From: an uncultured Chloroflexia bacterium | GTDB lineage: Bacteria > Chloroflexota > Anaerolineae > JAAYZQ01 | Length of the DNA: 64,000 nucleotides | Assembly: GCA_963700285.1 (NCBI GenBank) | Contig: CAVOXA010000001.1 | Span: 1,248,001 to 1,312,000 of the forward strand | Reading direction: 5' to 3' | Shown here: piece by piece, positions 1-10,573 of the stretch | Numbering within the stretch: position 1 is the first letter of the stretch | Layout of the letters: every line of letters starts with the position of its first letter | Notes under the pieces: model-generated | What the model saw: the letters and a program-made list of their open reading frames with translations, nothing else | Database searches by the model: none | What the model was told of the DNA's origin: nothing | Translations under genes and position numbers: made by a program

Positions 1-198
1 GTTCTTGTCCCAGGTCTCGACACCCAGGGACAGAATCGCCTCGTCAGGGACGACCCGTACCTCCGCATCGCCAGTGACAGTGACGAGACGGGATGGCTCC
101 GCTGCTGCCTGAGGCTCAGCCCAGCCCGCAAGAGCAAAGACCAAGACCAAGAATGTGCTGAGGACACTGATCCTATTGCTGGTTTTTTCTTTCATCAT
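1..198 (-). CDS. SIMPL/DUF541-family exported protein, 5' part (runs off window start)
   Basis: My translation from ATG at 198 (RBS GGGGAGG): MMKEKTSNRISVLSTFLVLVFALAGWAEPQAAAEPSRLVTVTGDAEVRVVPDEAILSLGVETWDKN. Signal peptide, then the typical SIMPL start 'VTVTGxAEVxVxPDxA'. Absent from the ORF track. Confidence 0.8.
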   Translation of the reverse strand, partial: MMKEKTSNRISVLSTFLVLVFALAGWAEPQAAAEPSRLVTVTGDAEVRVVPDEAILSLGVETWDKN

Positions 199-257
199 GC
201 CTCCCCTGTCATGAGTGTTCCTAGGTCCACGCCGAATGTGTGACTCGAGTCATCCAG

Positions 258-313
258 ATTATACTCACATTTCTTGGCAGGATTGTGACACGGATTGGGC
301 AGCCGGATGGCAG
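258..313 (-). promoter_or_regulatory. -10 box with four PhoB/OmpR-type direct repeats upstream of the SIMPL gene
   Basis: Minus-strand TATAAT at 258-263. Heptamers CTGCCAA (274-280), GTGTCAC (285-291), CTGCCCA (296-302) and CTGCCAT (307-313) have an exact 11-bp period. The first lies 10 bp from the -10. Confidence 0.65.
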
Positions 314-614
314 GCTAGGATTGTTATGGGCACAGGCCCAGCTCCAGATCCCATCTCACTTCTTGCTGACCCCAAGTTCCCGTTCAGGTCAGCAGTTTCC
401 CACGGCGAACGCAATGCGCCGGTGCTGGATCTGACAATGCTAGCTGCAATATCGTGTTCCTGCCCGGCCTGTTGCGTGGTTTGCTAACTGATTCCCTGCG
501 ATGTGTTCTGCCAGCAGCGTCGCGCTGACCAGCACGCGCGCTGAGGTATGGCGCGTTGTCACGTGTCTGATTGTTTTCATTGTCCACCCCTTCCCGAATA
601 CGGTGACAAGTGTG

Positions 615-1310
615 CTAGTTTTCGCGCATGACCAGCAGCAGGTACAGGCATGCCAGTCGCTCAAAGCGCCAGATCGATGACCAGATTCCCTCCCCACAGT
701 AGTTGGCGGCCCGTACGTGCCAGTTGTAGGTGACGGGCGCGAGGGCGGAGATTGCTGTGAAGCCTGGGTCCGAGGTCGTAACGTTGATGGCCGGTGACGA
801 AAAGCTGTGGTTGTTGTCTGCCTGGATCTGAGAGGAGATTGCCCCCTGCAACGGCAACCACTCGAAGGTGGGTGTGGCTTCGCACGTGCTGCTCCCGTTG
901 TTTGGGGAGGTGAGCACCGGTGTGTTCGGGGCTGGCGTAATACCGACCAGAACCAAAACGGCGCTTTCTTCTGAAATGGCGATGGCCAGGTACAGGTCGC
1001 CGTCCCCATCCAGGTCCCTTGGCACCACGGGCGACGGCCCGCCACCCGCAGCGTAGGCCAGATGCGTGACAAAGGTGCCATCCCCCTGGTTCAGCAGCAT
1101 CGACACGGTGCCGTCCCCTGGTTCAGCAGCACCGAAACAGTGTCGTCAAATCGATTGGCGACAGCAAGGTCCCAATTGCCATCACCGTTCAGGTCGCCGG
1201 CTGCTGTTGCCTCAGGGGAGTGGCCCACAGTGTAGGTCGGTGCAGGTTGAAACTCGGCGGTACCGCCGGCCACCGCCGCGGTGAATTGCCAGACGGTGGG
1301 GGTCAGAGCT
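615..1310 (-). pseudogene. Truncated, frameshifted FG-GAP repeat / FN3-like surface protein remnant
   Basis: GDLNGDGNWDLAVAN and DLDGDGDLYLA repeats are split over ORFs 1091-1513 and 615-1106. Local duplication of CCCTGGTTCAGCAGCA near 1084-1130. FN3-like YNWHVRAAN..G.WS; C-terminus YLLLVMREN; no signal peptide left. Confidence 0.6.
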
Positions 1311-1623
1311 TCCCTATCGTCGTGCTCGATCCGCCTTTTTCCTCGTCTTTCCCTCCCTCGGGAAGAACGTGACTGCAAAATGCGTGCGCGGCCCTGACGG
1401 CGTGGTAGGTGGTCCAGGAAAGAAAACCACCATCCCTTGGCAGTGTACGAATGTTCGTTCAACCGTACCGGCTGCCGGGGCAACACGCATGACTCGGTCA
1501 CCGCTTCGATCATTGATGCGGTGGTGATCGGGGCATGCCGTGAGCCGATGTCAAAGTTGTCATACCAAATACTGGACGGAAAGGTACGGAGTTCTTCTGA
1601 GTGAAATAACTATGTTCTGTGGG

Positions 1624-3135
1624 TCATAGAGAGGGCAGACAAAAGGTGACGGTCGTTCCTAGCCCCTCCTGGCTGTCCAGGGACAACCTGCCGCCGTGTG
1701 CTTCAACCAGGACTCTGGCGATGGCCAGTCCCAATCCACTGCCGCCTTTGGCGCGAGAGCGGGCCCTGTCGGTGCGGTAGAACCGTTCCCCGATACGTGG
1801 AACTTCCTCGGCGGGGATGCCTATCCCCGTGTCTTGCACCTGAACCTGCACCATTTGCGCCTCGATGCTGTTGATGTACACGACTACTGTCCCACCTGCC
1901 CGTGAGTACTTGATGGCGTTGTCCAGCAGATTGACCAGAACCTGTTGGATCCGGTCACCGTCGGCCAGAGCCAGGGGGGCTTTTGTTCCACGTACTTGCA
2001 GGATCGTATCCTTGGCCTGAGCCTGGGAAGCGAACTGGTCCACCGTCTCGCGGGCCAGGCGAACCAGGTCTATCGGCTCCTTCTGCAGATTCAATGCCTG
2101 CGAGTCGGCCCGGGATAGGATCAGCAGGTCGTTGACCAGTCGGGTAAGACGGTCCGTCTCGGTTTCTACCGTCTCCAGAAAGCGGTCCCGTACTTGAGGA
2201 TCGTCGACGGCTCCAGCGCGCAGTGTTTCTACCATTCCCTTGATGGCTGTCAGTGGAGTGCGCAGTTCGTGGGACACATTGGCCACAAAGTCAACTTGCA
2301 TCTGCCGTGCAGCGCGCAAGCGGGCTGTCATTTCATTGAAGGTCTTGCTCAGTTGGCCCAGCTCATCACGGGATCGGACCGGCACCTGTTGATCTAGGTG
2401 CCCTTGGGCAACCGCTGAGGTGGCCTCTGTCAGCCGGCGGACTGGGCGGGCTACGGCCCCAGACAGCACCAGACCAACAGCCCCCGCCAGAACCAACGCA
2501 ATCACTGTCGACACCAGCCACCGGCTGCGCAAATCGTGGAGTACGGCCGTCACGTCATCCAGTGGTTGGCTCAGCAGCGCCACGCCCACTATCTTGTCCT
2601 CAACCAGAACCGGTGCCGCCAGGTGCATAACCGACTCACGGCCAGTTTTTTCCGTACGGCTGGCTTGCTGGCCAGCTAGGGCTTGGGCAACGAGCGCTTC
2701 AGTGCCCATATCGATACCCGCGCCCTCCCCATGAGAATCTACGAGCACCAGGCCATCGGTATCCAGGAGGCGAATGCGTGTGACAAGCTGTGAGCTAAGC
2801 TGGAGGGAAGCATCAGCCAGATAGCCCAGATCCATGGCCTCCGGGGGATGCTCGCCTTCAACTGGCGTGATGTTCTGTGCCTGGAGAGAGATGTTGCTCT
2901 GTCGTTGCTGGATAGTATTGTATGCCGAAGCCGGAGTCTCGGACGCTGCTTCCACCAGGGCCCCAGGGATCAGTGCCTGCACCGTAATCTGTGCTTGCGT
3001 GGCCAAGCTATCCTCCATCGCACGGAGGAAGTAGTTCTCCAGGAGCGATAGCAGCAGCAATCCCGACAACCCCATGGCCACGACAATGACTGCCAGGTGA
3101 CTGAGAGTAAGCCGGGTCCGGATGCTTGAGAACAC
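1624..3135 (-). CDS. Sensor histidine kinase (2 TM, HAMP, HisKA, HATPase)
   Basis: H-box VANVSHELRTPL, N-box NLLDNAIKY, G-boxes DTGIGI and GSGLGLAI. Confidence 0.95.
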   Translation of the reverse strand: MFSSIRTRLTLSHLAVIVVAMGLSGLLLLSLLENYFLRAMEDSLATQAQITVQALIPGALVEAASETPASAYNTIQQRQSNISLQAQNITPVEGEHPPEAMDLGYLADASLQLSSQLVTRIRLLDTDGLVLVDSHGEGAGIDMGTEALVAQALAGQQASRTEKTGRESVMHLAAPVLVEDKIVGVALLSQPLDDVTAVLHDLRSRWLVSTVIALVLAGAVGLVLSGAVARPVRRLTEATSAVAQGHLDQQVPVRSRDELGQLSKTFNEMTARLRAARQMQVDFVANVSHELRTPLTAIKGMVETLRAGAVDDPQVRDRFLETVETETDRLTRLVNDLLILSRADSQALNLQKEPIDLVRLARETVDQFASQAQAKDTILQVRGTKAPLALADGDRIQQVLVNLLDNAIKYSRAGGTVVVYINSIEAQMVQVQVQDTGIGIPAEEVPRIGERFYRTDRARSRAKGGSGLGLAIARVLVEAHGGRLSLDSQEGLGTTVTFCLPSL

Positions 3136-3159
3136 GGTTCCGCTCCTTGCCGCAGAGCC

Positions 3160-3846
3160 TCAAACCAGCAGTTTGTAGCCAACACCACGTACGGTGACGA
3201 TGGGCTTGGCTTCGGGGTCTGCCTCGCGCAACTTGGCCCGCAGGCGTTTGACAGCGGCATCTACGACGCGCAGATCGCCATAGTAGTCATAGCCCCACAC
3301 CTGCTCCAGCAGTTGCTCTCGACTCAACACCTGGCCGGTGTGACTGGCCAGCGTGGAAAGCAGGTTGAATTCCAGTGCCGTAACCTCAAGTTCAGTCTCG
3401 CCCCACCATGCCTCGTGACGCCCAGCGTCCACCCTCAGGGCTCCAGCCCAGACCGTACCCCCTGCGGCCTCTTCGGGACGGGGCGCCGAACGGCGGAGCA
3501 CGTTCCTGACACGGACCATTAGCTCCCGGACGCTGAACGGCTTGACGACATAATCGTCTGCGCCCAGTTCTAGCCCCACGACCCGATCCACTTCTGCGTC
3601 CCGGGCCGTGAGCATGATGATGGGAACGTCCCGTTCCCTGCGAATGGCCCGGCATACCTCCAGGCCATCCAGTCGGGGCAGCATCAAGTCCAGGATGATC
3701 AGGTCGGGCTGGAATAGGCGGGCCTTTTCTAGAGCCTCTTCCCCATCCCGAGCCACGAGCACCTGATGGTGGGCTTGCTCAATGTTGTAGGTGAGCAAGT
3801 CCACGATGGGTGGTTCGTCGTCCACAACCAGGATCCGGGCAGACAC
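3160..3846 (-). CDS. OmpR/PhoB-family response regulator
   Basis: ILVVDDE, DLMLP, GADDYVVKPF, winged-helix C-terminus TVRGVGYK. Confidence 0.95.
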   Translation of the reverse strand: MSARILVVDDEPPIVDLLTYNIEQAHHQVLVARDGEEALEKARLFQPDLIILDLMLPRLDGLEVCRAIRRERDVPIIMLTARDAEVDRVVGLELGADDYVVKPFSVRELMVRVRNVLRRSAPRPEEAAGGTVWAGALRVDAGRHEAWWGETELEVTALEFNLLSTLASHTGQVLSREQLLEQVWGYDYYGDLRVVDAAVKRLRAKLREADPEAKPIVTVRGVGYKLLV

Positions 3847-3875
3847 ATATCCTCCAGGTGGGGCAAGGTCCTACG

Positions 3876-3952
3876 ATCTTAGCAGAGTTTCGAACTGCCG
3901 TCAAGGCGAAATATGGCAGGTTGGCGGCAGGTTGCGGGTAGAAGGATGACAA
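3876..3952 (-). promoter_or_regulatory. sigma70-type promoter of the two-component operon plus four 11-bp-period repeats
   Basis: Minus strand TTGACG (3899-3904), 17 bp, TAAGAT (3876-3881), with TG extension. Repeats CTGCCAT 3913-3919, CTGCCGC 3924-3930, CTACCCG 3935-3941, TTGTCAT 3946-3952. Confidence 0.6.
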
Positions 3953-4089
3953 TCAACCCGCGGAACTGCGAGCCAGCGCCCAGCTAGCCGTGTTCTGCTG
4001 CGGGCTATCTTGCCTAACCTGACCAGCCCGTGTAGAATGAGTGTGAGCTTGGCGAGCGCGCAGAGCGCATGCCTCAAGGAGGGAGACGA

Positions 4090-5376
4090 ATGGTGGATAA
4101 GGTATGGAAACCTACACGGCTGCGCTGGGTCTCATTGGCGGCAATCTGGGTCCTACTGGCCGGTCTGCTCGTCGGCACGGGCGTGCCGGCCCAGCAGTCG
4201 CGTGCTCGGGCCAGAGAGGCCGGTGATCTGCCACCGATTCTACTGGTTTCTCACATTGATGGGCTGGATTGGCCAGTGCACGTCACCCACGCCGGAGACG
4301 GAAGCGGGCGTATCTTTGTCGTGGAGCAAGCAGGCCGGGTCCAGATCATCCGGAATGGAGTCCTCAACGAGACTCCATTCTTGGACATCTCTGGCCGGCT
4401 GTCCTGCTGCGGGGAAAGGGGTCTCCTGAGTATGGCTTTCCCACCAGGTTATAGTGCCAAAGGCCACTTCTATGTGAACTATACGAACAGATCCGGCAAT
4501 ACCGTCGTTGCTCGTTTCCGGGTGACGGCAGATCCTGATGTGGCTGATCCTGACAGCGAACAGATCGTGCTGACCGTTGACCAGCCCTACAGCAATCACA
4601 ACGGTGGCCAATTGGCCTTCGGGCCCGGCGATGGCTATCTGTACGTCGGCATGGGTGATGGCGGGTCGGCGGGAGATCCCCAGAATCGTGCCCAGAATCC
4701 GTCAACGCTGCTGGGAAAACTGCTGCGCATTGATGTCGAAGCGGGGGATCCGCTCAGCTATACGGTGCCCGCAACGAATCCTTTCCGTGACGTGCCGGGT
4801 TACCGCGATGAGATCTGGGCCCTGGGGCTGCGCAATCCGTGGCGGTTCTCATTTGATACCAAAACCGGTGACCTGTACATTGGGGATGTGGGCCAGGGTG
4901 GCTTTGAGGAGATAGACTACCAGCCGGCCGCCAGCACTGGAGGCGAGAACTATGGCTGGCGCATCATGGAAGCCAGCCACTGCTTCAACTCGCCGGACTG
5001 CGATCCCTCTGGATTGACCCTGCCCGTTGTCGAGTATCCCAACCCGCCAGGCAGGTGTGCTTCTGTGACCGGCGGCGTCGTCTATCGTGGGGTCGAATAC
5101 ACGGGGTTGGAGGGTGTATATGTCTACGGCGACTATTGCAGCGGGCGCATTTGGGGACTAAAGAAGACTGTCTCAGGCTGGCAGGATGACCGTCTTTACG
5201 ATGCTCCCTTTTTGATCACCAGTTTTGGCTTGGATGAGTCGGGTGGACTGTGGGTCGTCAACTACAAGGACGGCCCGCTGGGTGCCATCTATCAAATTGC
5301 GGAGGCCCGCGCTGTCGCCTACCTCCCTTTTCTCTCCAGACCGCGAGGTCAAGAAGCTGCCCATTCGAATAATTAA
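4090..5376 (+). CDS. Secreted PQQ-dependent glucose/sorbosone dehydrogenase-family protein
   Basis: Signal peptide; GERGLLSMAF, NHNGGQLAFG, GDGG, GLRNPWRFSFD, GDVGQ, NYGW. C-terminal YLPFLSR. Start chosen from RBS GGAGGGAG. Confidence 0.9.
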   Translation: MVDKVWKPTRLRWVSLAAIWVLLAGLLVGTGVPAQQSRARAREAGDLPPILLVSHIDGLDWPVHVTHAGDGSGRIFVVEQAGRVQIIRNGVLNETPFLDISGRLSCCGERGLLSMAFPPGYSAKGHFYVNYTNRSGNTVVARFRVTADPDVADPDSEQIVLTVDQPYSNHNGGQLAFGPGDGYLYVGMGDGGSAGDPQNRAQNPSTLLGKLLRIDVEAGDPLSYTVPATNPFRDVPGYRDEIWALGLRNPWRFSFDTKTGDLYIGDVGQGGFEEIDYQPAASTGGENYGWRIMEASHCFNSPDCDPSGLTLPVVEYPNPPGRCASVTGGVVYRGVEYTGLEGVYVYGDYCSGRIWGLKKTVSGWQDDRLYDAPFLITSFGLDESGGLWVVNYKDGPLGAIYQIAEARAVAYLPFLSRPRGQEAAHSNN

Positions 5377-5388
5377 TCTAGTTTTAAC

Positions 5389-5417
5389 TTGACAAATTAA
5401 GGAAAGGGGTGTATAAT
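5389..5417 (+). promoter_or_regulatory. Perfect-consensus sigma70 promoter of SOD
   Basis: TTGACA (5389-5394), 17 bp, TATAAT (5412-5417); AT-rich upstream. Confidence 0.85.
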
Positions 5418-5491
5418 GGGGTTGAAAATCAAGTGCGCTAATAGGCGCAGGTCTAGCGCACCAATCGACTACCGAGGAGGAAAGACGAACG

Positions 5492-6094
5492 ATGGCACAC
5501 GAACTACCACCCCTTCCCTATGCGTATGATGCTTTGGAGCCCTACATTGATGAGCAGACGATGCGCTTGCATCATGACATTCACCACAATGGCTATGTTG
5601 CTGGATTGAATGCCGCCGAGGCCAAGCTGGTGGAAGCCAGGGTCAGCGGCGATTTCGCGTCGATCAAGCATTTGTCCCGCGAGGCCGCTTTTCACGGCTC
5701 CGGTCACTTGCTGCATAGTATCTTCTGGCCGAACATGATCGCCGCTTCTGTGGCAAAGGATGCCCCCGATGGGGCACTGGCCGAGGCGATCGATCGCGAC
5801 TTTGGCAGCTTTGAGGCTTTCAAGGGCCAGTTTGCTGCAGCATCTATCGCTGTAGAGGGCAGTGGCTGGGGTATCCTTGCCTATCGCCCTTCCGACGGTG
5901 CCTTGGTCATTCTGACGGCGGAGAAGCACCAGAACCTGACCCAATGGGGTGTTGTTCCCTTGCTGGTACTGGACGTCTGGGAGCACGCCTACTACCTCAA
6001 GTACCAGAACCGCCGGGCCGAGTATGTGAACGGCTTCTTCAACATCATCAACTGGGACGACGTAGCAGCCCGCTTTGCACAAGCCAAGTCCTAG
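5492..6094 (+). CDS. sod: Fe/Mn superoxide dismutase
   Basis: LPPLPYAYDALEP, HHDIHH, GHLLHSIFW, DVWEHAYY; strong RBS GAGGAGG. Confidence 0.97.
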   Translation: MAHELPPLPYAYDALEPYIDEQTMRLHHDIHHNGYVAGLNAAEAKLVEARVSGDFASIKHLSREAAFHGSGHLLHSIFWPNMIAASVAKDAPDGALAEAIDRDFGSFEAFKGQFAAASIAVEGSGWGILAYRPSDGALVILTAEKHQNLTQWGVVPLLVLDVWEHAYYLKYQNRRAEYVNGFFNIINWDDVAARFAQAKS

Positions 6095-6183
6095 GGTTCG
6101 ACCATCGCGCCCGGCTAGAGTTCACAATCACTTCTTGCGATCACAATAAGTATTTGTCGGGTGGGATGGCCAATATATCCGTC

Positions 6184-6217
6184 AAGAGGACGCCACTGCT
6201 GGCGTCCTCTTTGATTT
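6184..6217 (+). terminator. Intrinsic terminator after SOD
   Basis: 12-bp stem AAGAGGACGCCA / TGGCGTCCTCTT, 4-nt loop, T-rich tail. Confidence 0.7.
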
Positions 6218-6322
6218 GAGCAGAACGAGTAGCGCACGATTCCGTCCCGCGTGGTGAGCCAAGAAGCCTCTGAAGCATTCCAACAGGGGGTAGGAGGATG
6301 GTGCCCCAGTTACCGTGTTGCG

Positions 6323-6895
6323 TTATCGCCGCTGTCGGTAAAGGCTTGGGTCCACAACTGCTGCCATCTTGTCCGCCTCGAGGTGGTCGCCGAGGAACTG
6401 GTTGACACTGCGGGTGTGGTCCAGGGGTTTCTCAAGTATCTGTCCATAGTCGACATAAAGGACCTGAATATTGGGCTGCGCCTCAAGCCATGTTTCGATC
6501 TGCGCTACATGCTTACGGAACAGCTCGGCCATCCTTTCGTCGCTGATGGCATCTGTGGCTTCACCTCGCCTGGCCAGCATTTTCCGCTGAGAGGCCAGGA
6601 CCTCCCTGATCTGCCGGCGCATAAAGATCACTCTATAGTCATATGCGGGCGGAAGGTGCTTGAGGAGCGCGCCCACCATCTTGACAGCCTTGCCCCTGGC
6701 ATCCTCCAGCCAGGCTTGATCATGTTCGATCTGCTTTACTCGCTCAAACTCATAGTAGCCCTTGGGATTGTCCTCGTCGGCCGTCCGGATCTCGTCGGTC
6801 AAGACCCGCATGCCCCCAGCTTCCAGCATCTTCATCATCATCGACGTACCGGAGCGGGGTAAGCCCGACACGATAGTAATCACCTCTTGATCCAA
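6323..6895 (-). CDS. Sulfotransferase-family (P-loop) protein
   Basis: N-terminal PAPS-binding-type motif VSGLPRSGTSMMM and NPKGYYE. Confidence 0.8.
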   Translation of the reverse strand: MDQEVITIVSGLPRSGTSMMMKMLEAGGMRVLTDEIRTADEDNPKGYYEFERVKQIEHDQAWLEDARGKAVKMVGALLKHLPPAYDYRVIFMRRQIREVLASQRKMLARRGEATDAISDERMAELFRKHVAQIETWLEAQPNIQVLYVDYGQILEKPLDHTRSVNQFLGDHLEADKMAAVVDPSLYRQRR

Positions 6896-7060
6896 GATCC
6901 TTACTCCGGGAAAGGTTTGCGCGGTTGTTGTCCGCGCCTGCCGTTGCCTTCAGATTCTACCACAGGTGCAGGTAGGCGCCAAGCTGTCGGCTTGGCCTGC
7001 AGAATACCCCCCACCCGCTTGGCGGGCAGGGGGTAGGGTTCAATCTGAACAGACCTGAAC

Positions 7061-9802
7061 TCAAGCAGGCTGGGACTGGGCCATCCTCCGTAGAATCGTG
7101 TGCAGCACGCCGCCGTTGCGATAGTACTCGACCTCCACGGGCGTGTCCAGACGGGCCACAGCACTAAAGATGGTTTCAGTGCCATCTTCCCTTCGCCCGC
7201 GGACCGTCACCTCCTGCCCGGATTCGAGTTCGCCAGCGATGCCTGTGACGTCGAATACCTCCCGGCCGCTCAGGCCCAGACTCTCTGCATTCTCGCCGGG
7301 CTGGAACTGCAGCGGAAGCACGCCCATGCCCACCAGGTTGCTGCGATGGATGCGCTCATAGCTCTCGGCAATGACCGCCTCGAACGCCCTGAAGGAGCGG
7401 GCCCTTTGCCGCCCAGTCGCGGGAACTGCCGGATGCCGTACTCCCGTCCAGCCAAGACGATCAGCGGCGTGCCTTCGCTTGGTAGCGCATCGCGGCATCG
7501 TAGATGCTCATCTCCTCGCCGCTGGGGAGATGGAGCGTAACGCCGCCCTCGGTGCCGGGCAGCAGCAGGTTCTTGAGGCGGATGTTGGCAAAGGTGCCGC
7601 GCATCATCACCTCGTGGTTGCCGCGCCGCGACCCGTAGGAGTTAAAGTCGCGCTGCTGTACTTCCCGTTCCAGCAGATATCGACCAGCCGGGCCGTCGGC
7701 AGCAATGCTGCCCGGCGGGCGAGATGTGGTCGGTGGTCACCGAATCGCCCAGAAGAGCCAGCACGCGCGCGCCGTGGATGTCCTGCGTGGGCGGCACCTC
7801 AGGCGCCAGGTCCACAAAGAACGGGGGTTCCTGGATGTAGGTGGAAGCCGGCATCCCAGGCGTAGAGCTCGGCAGCTTCCGGCGCGGGAATGGCGTTCCA
7901 GGTCTCGTTTCCTGTGAACACGTTGGCGTACTGCTCCCGGAACATCTGCGGATCAAGGGCGGCGGCAATCGCCTCCTGGATTTCGGACTGGCTGGGCCAG
8001 ATGTCGCGCAGGAAGACAGGCTGGTCGCCCACGTCGCAGCCCAGCGGTTCCGTGTGAAAGTCTACGTCTACCGTGCCGGCCAGGGCGTAGGCCACCACCA
8101 ACGGCGGCGAGGCCAGGTAGTTGGCCCGCACGTGGGGGCTGATGCGCCCCTCAAAGTTGCGGTTCCCAGACAGGACTGCGGCAGCCACCAGGTCAGCCTC
8201 TTCGACAGCCTGGGCGACTGCTTCGGGCAGAGGGCCGCTGTTGCCGATGCAGGTCGTGCAGCCATAGCCCACCACGTTGAAGCCAAGTTGATCGAGATAG
8301 GGCGTCAGTCCTGCAGCGTCCAGGTAGCGGGTGACCACCGTCGAGCCGGGCGCCAGGCTGGTCTTGACATAGGCCGGCACACTCAGGCCCCGCTCCACCG
8401 CCTTCTTGGCCAGTAGGCCCGCGCCGATCATCACCGAGGGGTTGGAGGTGTTGGTGCAACTGGTGATGGCGGCAATGACCACAGCGCCGTGCCTCAGTGT
8501 GCTTTCGCCCTTCCCGTTGGAAGCCGCTACGGTTGCCCTTCGGCTCACCTCTTCCTCGCTGAGGGCAAATCCGCGCTGAGCGGTGGGTGCCCGCAGAGCC
8601 GTCTGGAATGCGGGTTTCATGTCCCGCAGGGGGATGCGATCCTGGGGGCGCTTGGGGCCAGCCAGGCTCGGCTCCACGGTGCTCAGGTCCAGCGTCAGAG
8701 TGTCCGAATATGCTGGCGTTGGTGTGTCGTCAGTGCGAAAGAGGCCCTGGGCCTTGGTATAGCGCTCCACCAGGTCGACCAATTCGGCGAGGACGTCCGG
8801 TGCTGCGCAGATAGCGCAGGGTCTCATCGATCCACAGGAAAAAAGCCCATGGTCGCGCCATATTCGGGCGACATGTTGGCCATGGTCGCCCGGTCGGGCA
8901 GGCTGAGGCGGCTGGTCCCCGGGCCAAAGAACTCGACGAACTTGCCCACTACACCCTCTTGGCGCAGCATCTGGGTCACGGTCAGCACCAGGTCGGTGGC
9001 CGTCGCCCCCTCGGGCAGCTCGCCCGCCAGCTCAAAGCCGACCACCTCTGGCGGCAGCATGGTGATCGGCTCGCCCAGCATGGCCGCCTCGGCCTCGATG
9101 CCGCCCACACCCCAGCCCATGACGCCCAGGCCGTTGATCATGGTCGTGTGCGAATCGGTGCCCACCAGGGTATCGGGAAAGCAACCCAGCTCGCCATCGG
9201 CCTCCTGACGCTTGGTCACGACAGTGGCCAGGTACTCCAGGTTGACCTGGTGGACGATGCCGGTGGCGGGTGGCACCACGCGAAAGTTGTCAAAGGCGTT
9301 CTGCGCCCAGTGCAGGAACTCGTAGCGCTCGCGGTTGCGCTCGAACTCACGCTCGGCGTTGAAATAGAGCGCCGCGTTGCTGCCAAACATGTCTACCTGG
9401 ACCGAGTGGTCGATGACCAGATCCACCGGTACCTGGGGATTGATGCGCCCAGGATCGCCGCCCAGCCGGTGCATGGCCGAGCGGAGCGCCGCCAGATCGA
9501 CCACGGCCGGCACGCCGGTAAAGTCCTGCAGCACCACGCGGGCCGGCTTGAAGGGCAGCTCGCTGGAACCCGGTGACTTGGGCATTCCAGCCCGCCAGGT
9601 TCTTGACGTGCTCCTCGGTGATCTCCCGGCCATTGCACTGGCGCAGCAGGCCTTCCAGCCAGACGCGAATGGAGAAGGGCAGCCGATCCAGATCGGCCAG
9701 ACCCAGTTCTGCCAGTCGCCCCAGCCGGTAGATGGCGACTGGACCGGCGCCTGTCTGGATTGTCGTTCGGGCGCCAAATGGATCAAGGGGCTTACCTGTC
9801 AT
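7061..9802 (-). CDS. acnA: Aconitate hydratase A (several frameshifts, probably assembly errors)
   Basis: Across frames: [108 protein letters not shown] at 9802 with RBS AGGAGGAG. Confidence 0.93.
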
Positions 9803-9827
9803 TGCACTCCTCCTCCTTGCCTTCAGC

Positions 9828-10163
9828 CTAGTAGTAGCCGATGCCCAGGCCGAATTCCTCGTCGTAGCCCAGCTCGTCCTTGGCATAGTCGCTCATCATC
9901 GATGGGTGCCAGAGCGGATTCCAGACCAGGTCGACGTCCACATCCAGGACGTCTTCAATACCCCGCAGTTCCCGCTTGATGTCGCGGATGATCTCGGGGC
10001 CCAGCGGGCAGCCAGGGCTGGTCAGGGTCAGGTCGACGTGCACCCTGCCCTTTTCGTCATCCAGATTGACGCCATAGACCAGGCCCAGATCGACGATGTT
10101 CATGCCAATTTCAGGGTCGATCACCTCGGTAAGAGCTTCCAGAAGCTCATTCTTTGTCGTCAT
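9828..10163 (-). CDS. sufT: DUF59/SufT Fe-S assembly protein
   Basis: VIDPEIGMNIVDLGLVY, TLTSPGCP, VWNPLW. Confidence 0.9.
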   Translation of the reverse strand: MTTKNELLEALTEVIDPEIGMNIVDLGLVYGVNLDDEKGRVHVDLTLTSPGCPLGPEIIRDIKRELRGIEDVLDVDVDLVWNPLWHPSMMSDYAKDELGYDEEFGLGIGYY

Positions 10164-10242
10164 ATGGTACTCCTCCCAAACCTCAGGCCAGAGACATCGA
10201 ATCGCGTATCGCGCCGCGCCTTCGACGCCTGTTGCGTATCCA

Positions 10243-10551
10243 CTAATCTACGTCTACCAGAATGTCATCACCCTCGACCTTGACCTCAAAGGTGGGGAGA
10301 GGAATGATGGCCGGCAGGGCTTTCACCTCGCCGCTCCTCACGTTGAACCGGGCACCATGGCGCGGGCACTCGATCTCCTCACCGAGCAGATAACCATCAC
10401 CCAGAGGACCGTCGTCGTGGGTGCAGACGTCGGCAATGGCATAGATCTGGCCGTCGACATTGCACAATGCGATATCCTCGTCGCCGACCTCGACGGTCTT
10501 GACCCGGCCGGGCGGAATGTCGCCAACTTTTGCTACCTTTACAAAAGCCAT
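10243..10551 (-). CDS. Rieske [2Fe-2S] ferredoxin (SUF-associated)
   Basis: CTH..GPL and CPRHGARF motifs. Confidence 0.93.
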   Translation of the reverse strand: MAFVKVAKVGDIPPGRVKTVEVGDEDIALCNVDGQIYAIADVCTHDDGPLGDGYLLGEEIECPRHGARFNVRSGEVKALPAIIPLPTFEVKVEGDDILVDVD

Positions 10552-10573
10552 CTGTCACCTCCTTGGATGGAGC

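Noticed and set aside
1449-1460. LexA-like box GAAT-GTTC-GTTC
   Set aside because: One mismatch, no convincing -35, and only a decayed surface-protein fragment downstream.
5395-5491. yybP-ykoY (Mn) riboswitch or IRE upstream of SOD
   Set aside because: The AAAGGGG run lies inside the promoter spacer, and the remaining conserved elements and a CAGUG loop are absent.
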